Positions 54,023-60,563 of a DNA stretch of 60,563 nucleotides are shown in pieces (the first letter of the stretch is position 1; each line of letters opens with the position of its first letter). The stretch is taken from positions 1-60,563 of IMG/VR virus record IMGVR_UViG_3300032083_001059. One strand, written 5' to 3'. Source of the stretch: a virus. Lineage: Duplodnaviria > Caudoviricetes. The translations under genes and the position numbers were made by a program. The notes beneath the pieces are model-generated. The model did no database searches. It saw only the letters and a program-made list of their open reading frames with translations, and was not told the DNA's origin.

Positions 54023-56530
54023 ATGAAATTTTATACCAATATTACACAATGGGGTGATAATTTACTTGTTCGTGAATACAAAGACGGACAAAGAGTCAAT
54101 CGCAAGATAAAGTATCAGCCTACTTTATATACAGTCGTTAGTAAACCAACAGAATACAAAACTCTTGAGGGAAAATATGTTACACCTATGAAACATACTT
54201 CTATGAAAGAGGCAAAAGAGTGGGTAAACAATTATAAAAATCAGCCACATCTAATTTATGGAAATACTTCTTTTGCATACAATTACATTGCAGATGAATA
54301 TCCTAATGAAGTAAAATGGGATAGTGAGAAACTTTTACTGGTAACAATTGATATTGAGGTTGAATGTGAAAATGGATTTCCTAATCCAGAGGAAGCAAGT
54401 GAGCCACTGTTATCAATTACAATCAAGAATCATCAAAGTAAAGAAATTATTGTTTGGGGATTAAAAGACTTTACTACAGATAGAGAAGATGTAACTTATA
54501 TACTTTGCGATAGTGAGAAAACATTACTGAATCGTTTTGTTACATTTTGGACTGATAATTATCCAGATATAATTACTGGCTGGAATACAGAGTTTTTTGA
54601 TTTACCTTATATTTGTAATCGTATCTCAAGATTATTTGATGAAAAAATGTTAAAAAAGTTATCGCCTTGGGGTAATGTTTCAAGTCGTAACATTTACTCA
54701 CAAGGACGCAGTCATCAAGTGTATGAGGTGCAAGGTATTGCACATTTAGATTATTATGATTTGTATCGTAAGTTTACATATACAAACCAAGAATCGTATA
54801 GGTTAGACCACATTGCATTTGTTGAACTAGGTGAAAGAAAAGATGGTAATCCATTTGAAACTTTTAGAGAGTGGTATACCAAAGACTATCAATCTTTTAT
54901 TGAATATAATATTACTGATGTTGAGTTGGTTGACAAGTTAGAGGATAAGTTAAAACTTATTGAGTTATGCTTAACTATGGCATATGATGCAAAAGTTAAT
55001 TACATGGATGTTTTAGGAACTACAAAGTATTGGGATATACTCATATATAATTACTTGCGTGGTAAAAATATTGTTATACCACAAAAGATTGAGCAAAAGA
55101 AATCAAGTAAGTTTGAAGGTGCGTATGTAAAAGATCCACAAGTGGGAGAGCATAAATGGGTAATGTCATTTGATTTAAACTCATTATATCCACACTTAAT
55201 CATGCAGTATAACATATCACCAGAAACATTATATTCTAAAAAACCACTGTGGCAAGATTCACAAGTTGAGGAGATGATAAAGTTAGAAAAGGACACATCA
55301 GCTCTCAAGAAGAAAAATGTAACACTTACTCCAAATGGTGCATTATTTAAAACAGATAAGAAAGGATTTTTGCCTGAAATAATGCAGAAGATATATGATG
55401 ATAGAGTGAGTTATAAGAAGCTTATGATTCAGGCAAAGAAAGAATATGAGAGAACAAAAAATCCCAAACTCATTAAAGACATTGCAAGATATAACAATAT
55501 TCAGATGGCTAAAAAAATCTCTCTTAATAGTGCCTATGGTGCTATCGGTAATAATTGGTTTCGTTATTACAATATATTGGTTGCTGAGGCTATTACTACG
55601 AGTGGTCAGTTATCCATTCGCTATATTGAACATTCAATTAACAAGTATATTAATTCAATTATTGGAACATCTGGAAAAGATTTCATTCTTGCTTCAGATA
55701 CAGATTCAGTGTACATTACATTTGACGAACTCGTTAGTAAAGTGTTTAGAGAGGGAGCAAAGACTGAAAAAATCATCAACTTCTTGGATACTGTGGCCAG
55801 AGAAAAAATTGAACCATTTATTGATAAAAGTTATTCGGTTCTCTCTGAATACATAAACGCATACGAGCAAAAGATGAGTATGAAGCGTGAGGTGATTGCA
55901 GATAAAGCTGTATGGGTTGCAAAGAAAAGATACATACTTAACGCATGGGATGTTGAGGGTGTAAGATATAAAGAGCCACAGTTAAAAATCATGGGTATTG
56001 AAGCAGTTAAATCATCAACGCCTGCGCCTTGCAGAGAGAAACTTAAGTCTGCACTTAAGATTATTATGAATGGTGATTCTTCTGAATTAAATGATTTTAT
56101 ACAGGATTTTCGTAAGAAGTTTATGGAACTACCAGCTGAGGAAATAGCATATCCAAGAAGTGTAAATGGATTAGACAAATTTACAACATCACATAACCTC
56201 TTTTCTAAAGGAGCTCCTATACATTGTAAGGGTGCGATATTATATAATCACTTATTGCGAAAACAAAAACTTACGCACAAATATCCATTCATACAAGAGG
56301 GAGATAAGATTAAGTTTGTTCACATGAAAACTCCAAATGTTTATCAATCTACTGCAATGTCGTTTATGACTAGATTACCAAAGGAGTTTAATGTGCAAGA
56401 TAAGATTGATTATGATATGCAGTTTGAAAAAAGTTTTATGGAGCCTCTTAAGTTTATCACAGATAAAATAAGATGGAAACTAGATGAGAGTTATGGAACA
56501 CAAGGAACATTAGAAGAATTTTTTGTTTGA
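54023..56530 (+). CDS. 43: family B DNA polymerase gp43
   Basis: DIEV, GWN.EFFD, DLNSLYP, KISLNSAYG, SDTDS, KKRY. Confidence 0.97.
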   Translation: MKFYTNITQWGDNLLVREYKDGQRVNRKIKYQPTLYTVVSKPTEYKTLEGKYVTPMKHTSMKEAKEWVNNYKNQPHLIYGNTSFAYNYIADEYPNEVKWDSEKLLLVTIDIEVECENGFPNPEEASEPLLSITIKNHQSKEIIVWGLKDFTTDREDVTYILCDSEKTLLNRFVTFWTDNYPDIITGWNTEFFDLPYICNRISRLFDEKMLKKLSPWGNVSSRNIYSQGRSHQVYEVQGIAHLDYYDLYRKFTYTNQESYRLDHIAFVELGERKDGNPFETFREWYTKDYQSFIEYNITDVELVDKLEDKLKLIELCLTMAYDAKVNYMDVLGTTKYWDILIYNYLRGKNIVIPQKIEQKKSSKFEGAYVKDPQVGEHKWVMSFDLNSLYPHLIMQYNISPETLYSKKPLWQDSQVEEMIKLEKDTSALKKKNVTLTPNGALFKTDKKGFLPEIMQKIYDDRVSYKKLMIQAKKEYERTKNPKLIKDIARYNNIQMAKKISLNSAYGAIGNNWFRYYNILVAEAITTSGQLSIRYIEHSINKYINSIIGTSGKDFILASDTDSVYITFDELVSKVFREGAKTEKIINFLDTVAREKIEPFIDKSYSVLSEYINAYEQKMSMKREVIADKAVWVAKKRYILNAWDVEGVRYKEPQLKIMGIEAVKSSTPAPCREKLKSALKIIMNGDSSELNDFIQDFRKKFMELPAEEIAYPRSVNGLDKFTTSHNLFSKGAPIHCKGAILYNHLLRKQKLTHKYPFIQEGDKIKFVHMKTPNVYQSTAMSFMTRLPKEFNVQDKIDYDMQFEKSFMEPLKFITDKIRWKLDESYGTQGTLEEFFV

Positions 56531-56553
56531 ATTTGAAAAAGGAGTAATATATT

Positions 56554-57489
56554 ATGGAAACATTTTTATGGGTAGAAAAGTATCGTCCAGATACAATTGA
56601 ATCTTGCATACTACCAAGTGAACTGAAAGAAACATTTGGTGAGTTTGTAAAAGACAAGCACATACCAAACTTAATCTTATCAGGTGGGCCTGGTGTAGGT
56701 AAAACCACAGTTGCAAAGTCAATGATAAATCAGATTGGCTCAACATACATGATGATAAACGGATCAGAAGAATCTGGGATTGATGTTCTTAGAACTAAAA
56801 TTAAAAACTTTGCATCAACAGTTTCACTTGAGGGTGGTAGAAAATACATTATACTAGATGAGGCAGACTATCTCAATCCACAATCTACTCAGCCTGCACT
56901 TCGTGGATTCATGGAAGAATTTCACAAGAACTGTGGATTTATTCTGACTTGCAATTTTAAGAATCGCTTGATATCACCACTGCAATCAAGATGCAGTAAT
57001 GTAGATTTCATCATACCAAAGAAAGACAAGCCTAGACTAGCTCAAGACTTCTTCATTAGTGTGACAAATATACTTAAGAAAGAAAATGTAGAGTATGATA
57101 AGAAAGTTGTGCTTGAGTTGATTACTAAATATTTTCCAGATTGGAGAAGAATACTCAATGAACTACAGAGATATTCTGCATCAGGTAAAATAGATGCAGG
57201 CTTACTCGTCAATCTAAAAGAGGAGCATATTAATGACCTTATGGTATCACTCAAAAAGAAAGAATTTAAGAAAGTACGAGAATGGGTTGTACAGCATATT
57301 GATAACGATCCAATGCGTATTTATCGCCTTATTTATGACTCTCTGTATGATAATGTGGATGGTTCTACTATCCCCCATGCTGTTGTTAGCATTGCTGACT
57401 ACAGTTACAAAGCATCCTTTGTCGCAGATCAAGAGATAAATCTACTTGCGTGCTTAACAGAGCTCATGGCTCAATGCAAATTTAAGTAA
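56554..57489 (+). CDS. 44: clamp loader large subunit gp44
   Basis: WVEKYRP, GPGVGKT, DEAD, SRC. Confidence 0.95.
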   Translation: METFLWVEKYRPDTIESCILPSELKETFGEFVKDKHIPNLILSGGPGVGKTTVAKSMINQIGSTYMMINGSEESGIDVLRTKIKNFASTVSLEGGRKYIILDEADYLNPQSTQPALRGFMEEFHKNCGFILTCNFKNRLISPLQSRCSNVDFIIPKKDKPRLAQDFFISVTNILKKENVEYDKKVVLELITKYFPDWRRILNELQRYSASGKIDAGLLVNLKEEHINDLMVSLKKKEFKKVREWVVQHIDNDPMRIYRLIYDSLYDNVDGSTIPHAVVSIADYSYKASFVADQEINLLACLTELMAQCKFK

Positions 57490-57924
57490 ATGTCTAATCT
57501 ATGTGAATTTATAGAAGATGAATCACCAGTTGCTGGTATCGTCTGCATTAAGTGTGAGGAAGAAAAACCACTATCACACTTTAGCCAGATGAAATACCAA
57601 ACTGGTAAGAGTAGCTCTGAGATTAAAAGAACTTGCAAGGATTGTAGAAATAAAGCAACCAGAATAAGAGGGCAACTGAAAAAAGAAAATCCTATGCCGT
57701 CAAGAAAAGAGCCATGCCCGTCCTGTGGGTACACTCTGGAGTATCTTGGTAGATTAGGGCAATCTGTTTTTAAAAAATGGAGATTGCATCATTGCCACAA
57801 AACTGGAAAGTTTTTAGGATATATTTGCCATAAGTGTAATCAAGGGTTTGGTGCATTTAATGACAATCCAGACCAAATGCAAAGAGCTTTAAACTGGCAA
57901 AAAGAAAGGCTAGAAAATGTATGA
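57490..57924 (+). mobile_element. free-standing endonuclease VII-like (His-Me) putative homing endonuclease
   Basis: CIKC..CKDC N-domain; CPSC...LHHCHKTGKFLGYICHKCNQGFG.F.DN; lies between 44 and 62. Confidence 0.7.
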
Positions 57925-58312
57925 ATTGAAAGAATATCTCAACGCAATTAATCATAGTAAAAAGAAACTCATGGACACTGATGATGAGATGTGGGAGAAG
58001 AAGTATCCACCATTTATTGTTAATAAGTGCCTGTCTGCATTTCCAGAAACGCTCATGCTGGTGAATGAGATGAACATGAGAACGAATCTTGATAAGAAAC
58101 TCCAGTTTGATTTTTTACTAAATAGTATACGACCACGCAAGAGATTTGCACAATGGTTGAAGGCGAGTAAAATAAAAAACATAGAGTATGTTAAAGAGTT
58201 TTATGGATATAGTAATGCAAAGGCTAGGTCTGCTCTTGAAATACTTACAGATAATCAACTAGATTATATAAAAGAAAAATTGAACAAAGGTGGAAAAAAT
58301 GGAAAGTATTAA
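57917..58312 (+). CDS. 62: clamp loader small subunit gp62
   Basis: YPPFIVNKCLS, NEMN, QFDFLLNS...RKRF, YGYS..KA. Confidence 0.92.
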   Translation: MYELKEYLNAINHSKKKLMDTDDEMWEKKYPPFIVNKCLSAFPETLMLVNEMNMRTNLDKKLQFDFLLNSIRPRKRFAQWLKASKIKNIEYVKEFYGYSNAKARSALEILTDNQLDYIKEKLNKGGKNGKY

Positions 58313-58709
58313 TTGGACTCAAGAGAAGATGCTAGAGGTTACTCTCAAAGAACCAGACGATTTCCTCAAAATAAGAGAAACTCTATCACGCATTGGAGTT
58401 GCATCTCGTAAAGAAAAGAAATTATATCAGTCTTGCCACATACTACACAAGCAAGGACGATACTACATCGTGCATTTTAAAGAGTTATTTGCACTTGACG
58501 GAAAGCAAACAAACCTATCAGAGAACGATATCGCAAGAAGAAACACTATTTCAAAACTTTTAAAAGATTGGGGATTAGTGGAGATAAAAGGTGAGCCAGA
58601 GCCAAGCGCTCCTTTGTCGCAAATTAAAATCATATCGTTTAAAGAAAAAGGTGATTGGACACTTGAAACAAAATATAACATTGGAACTAAAAAAGGAGAA
58701 TCGGAATGA
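58299..58709 (+). CDS. regA: translational repressor RegA
   Basis: DDFLKIRETLSRIG, LYQSCHILHKQGRYYIVHFKELF. Confidence 0.96.
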   Translation: MESINWTQEKMLEVTLKEPDDFLKIRETLSRIGVASRKEKKLYQSCHILHKQGRYYIVHFKELFALDGKQTNLSENDIARRNTISKLLKDWGLVEIKGEPEPSAPLSQIKIISFKEKGDWTLETKYNIGTKKGESE

Positions 58710-59005
58710 GTAATATCGTGAAAGCATTACAATTAAAGTATGAAAGTGAAATAGAAAGTGCTCGTGCAAATATTGATGTTTATATGTCAAATCCATCAGG
58801 CATCGGAGAGCACCCTGACTTAGTCAGCGCAGTAGACAGCGAATTGATTAAGCTGTCCACAGCTGAAGATAAATTGAACTCTTTAAAGAAGAATTATGGG
58901 AGGGAAAATCACTTCTCTGCAACGCAAAGTGCAGAGTATCTCTATGAGAGTGATATGGGAAATATTAATCCATTAAAAGTTCAAGGAGAACTTGACTTAG
59001 ACTAA
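58706..59005 (+). CDS. conserved phage hypothetical protein
   Basis: ANIDVY..NPSGIGEHPD. Confidence 0.7.
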   Translation: MSNIVKALQLKYESEIESARANIDVYMSNPSGIGEHPDLVSAVDSELIKLSTAEDKLNSLKKNYGRENHFSATQSAEYLYESDMGNINPLKVQGELDLD

Positions 59006-59020
59006 ATTTTTTGATATAAT
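58992..59020 (+). promoter_or_regulatory. sigma70-type promoter TTGACT-17-TATAAT (extended -10)
   Basis: Near consensus, upstream of MTase. Confidence 0.75.
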
Positions 59021-59029
59021 ACTTACATT

Positions 59030-60226
59030 ATGAAATACTTTAGATATACACTAGATGACTTGAAGAAGTCATCAGACAGAAAACTTTTTACCTATATTTC
59101 TTTCTTCTCAGGTGGAGGTGGGAGCTCTGCTGGGTACAAGCTTGCAGGCGGAGATTGCTTCTTTGTGAATGAATTTCAAAGAGTTGCAATGGACACTTAC
59201 CTTGCAAACTGGCCTGGAACTCCCAACATCTGCGATGACATTAGAAAAGTAACAGGTAATCAAGTCTTAGAGAAGATGAATATACCACAAGGAGAATTAG
59301 ATATTCTTGATGGTAGCCCACCATGCCCACCATTTTCCATGTCAGGAACAAAGCAAAAAGGGTGGGGTAAAGAGAAAACTGCATACGGCATCAAGCAAAA
59401 GAACATTGAGGACTTAACTTGGGAGCAAATACGCATTGCAAAAGATGTTAAACCAAGAGTAATTGTGTGCGAAAATGTCAAGGGATTGACAATGGAATAT
59501 GCAAAAGAGCATTTACAAAGAATGGTAAATGACTTTGAATCACTAGGATATTCCACATTGTACAAGGTTCTCAAGGGTAGTAATCATGGCGTTCCACAAA
59601 AGAGAGAAAGAGTCTTTATTGTATCAGTAAGAAATGATGTTCTTGATGCGATAGGAGTACCCTTTATGGTATTGGATTCATTGGTTTTTCCTACTCCTGA
59701 TGAGGTATCTCCTACAATACGAGATGCGATAGAGGATATACAAAAGGATAAGAATAATCTTCTTGAATCACAAGAACTTTGCGATGCAATGAAAAAGTCT
59801 GCAAAGTATAAGTGGATGAAGCGATTACCCAAGAATCCAAAGACATATGTATCCGTTGGTGATGATGTAGTAGGGCCTTGGTATGATAAACTCATTGCAC
59901 ATAGAGCAAAATGGGGTAAAACCATACCAGAAAGAAAGCAATCATTCTATCAATCAAGGAGAGTTGGGTGGGATAATCCATCGCACACTTTATCAGAGCA
60001 AGGACTACAAACATCACTTGCAGTGCATTTACACCCATGCGAGGATAGAGTATACACAACAAGAGAAGCTGCAAGAATAATGACACTACCAGAAGATTAC
60101 AAGTTTACAGGAACATTGAACGAGAAACTTGCAAGAATAGGATTGATGGTTGCACCATTACAGATGAAATACCTTGCAGAGAACATTTACGCAAATATCT
60201 TGAGGCCATACCATGACACTTTATAG
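59030..60226 (+). CDS. orphan C5-cytosine DNA methyltransferase
   Basis: FSGGGG, GSPPCPPFS, ENV, PQKRERV, R.YT.REAARI. Confidence 0.93.
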   Translation: MKYFRYTLDDLKKSSDRKLFTYISFFSGGGGSSAGYKLAGGDCFFVNEFQRVAMDTYLANWPGTPNICDDIRKVTGNQVLEKMNIPQGELDILDGSPPCPPFSMSGTKQKGWGKEKTAYGIKQKNIEDLTWEQIRIAKDVKPRVIVCENVKGLTMEYAKEHLQRMVNDFESLGYSTLYKVLKGSNHGVPQKRERVFIVSVRNDVLDAIGVPFMVLDSLVFPTPDEVSPTIRDAIEDIQKDKNNLLESQELCDAMKKSAKYKWMKRLPKNPKTYVSVGDDVVGPWYDKLIAHRAKWGKTIPERKQSFYQSRRVGWDNPSHTLSEQGLQTSLAVHLHPCEDRVYTTREAARIMTLPEDYKFTGTLNEKLARIGLMVAPLQMKYLAENIYANILRPYHDTL

Positions 60227-60437
60227 AAACCATACAGTAGTAATGCAAGAGATTGAAAACTATCATTTCAGAAACGAATATGACTTTCAATTACGAGTGA
60301 GAGTTGAAGATGATGAAATAAAGTTCAGATATCTTAATCAATGGAATACTATATCAAAAGATGCACTATTAGAGATGCTCAGCCAAAGTGGATTACCTAA
60401 TAATTTATATACAAAACTAAGAATGAGGATAGTATAA
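60213..60437 (+). CDS. hypothetical protein
   Basis: GAGG RBS; overlapping ORF. Confidence 0.5.
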   Translation: MTLYRNHTVVMQEIENYHFRNEYDFQLRVRVEDDEIKFRYLNQWNTISKDALLEMLSQSGLPNNLYTKLRMRIV

Positions 60438-60563
60438 TGACAATAGAAGTAAGAACATTTTCCTATGACGACAATTCAGGAAAAGAAGCAGTTATCGTAA
60501 AAGAAGAAACTGGATACTTGAGAAATAAGGGGTACTATGTGCATATAAAGGACAGAGATGGAG
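60437..60563 (+). CDS. hypothetical protein (partial, runs off window)
   Basis: TAATG coupling; GAGG RBS. Confidence 0.45.
   Translation, partial: MTIEVRTFSYDDNSGKEAVIVKEETGYLRNKGYYVHIKDRDG

Noticed and set aside
59030-60437. Complete restriction-modification system
   Set aside because: No adjacent restriction endonuclease recognisable; the MTase appears orphan, though the window ends soon after.
1-60563. CRISPR array or cas operon
   Set aside because: No regularly spaced repeats; the PD-(D/E)XK exonuclease at 30462 is a standard T4-like gene.
1-60563. Stop-codon reassignment
   Set aside because: Core genes are full length in the standard code and end in TAA, TAG and TGA.

Overview
AT-rich 60.6-kb segment of a T4-like myophage, probably marine, with a Gram-negative and likely proteobacterial host (spanins, lipoproteins, c551-like cytochrome, IHF-type sites); no photosynthesis genes are seen here. 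1-14.4 kb: late-promoter region of putative capsid-internal/virion proteins, a C1q fibre and spanins. 14.4-35.3 kb: primase, nrdA, grx-nrdB, rnh, gp33, gp59, thyX and gp32, mixed with early small ORFs and auxiliary genes (bS21, peroxiredoxin, IscA, PhoH, 2OG-Fe(II) oxygenases). 35.3-43.1 kb: tail/baseplate block (tape-measure-like, gp51/gp26, gp54-like, gp2, gp4, gp48, gp53, hub). 43-54 kb: accessory small ORFs, tRNA-Thr, cytochrome c, SET and GNAT genes. 54-60.5 kb: gp43, gp44, EndoVII-like endonuclease, gp62, regA and a C5 methyltransferase. Top observations: (1) a probable -1 frameshift fusing gp26 to a start-less gp51 upstream of the tape measure; (2) several proteins with T4-like capsid-targeting leaders and modular E-x-E-L-D-E linkers; (3) every CCWGG found by eye sits in a GCCWGG context, suggesting GpC-type methylation; (4) a repeated IHF-consensus element 40-41 bp upstream of early TTGACA promoters. 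All calls come from motif recognition by eye; no searches were run.
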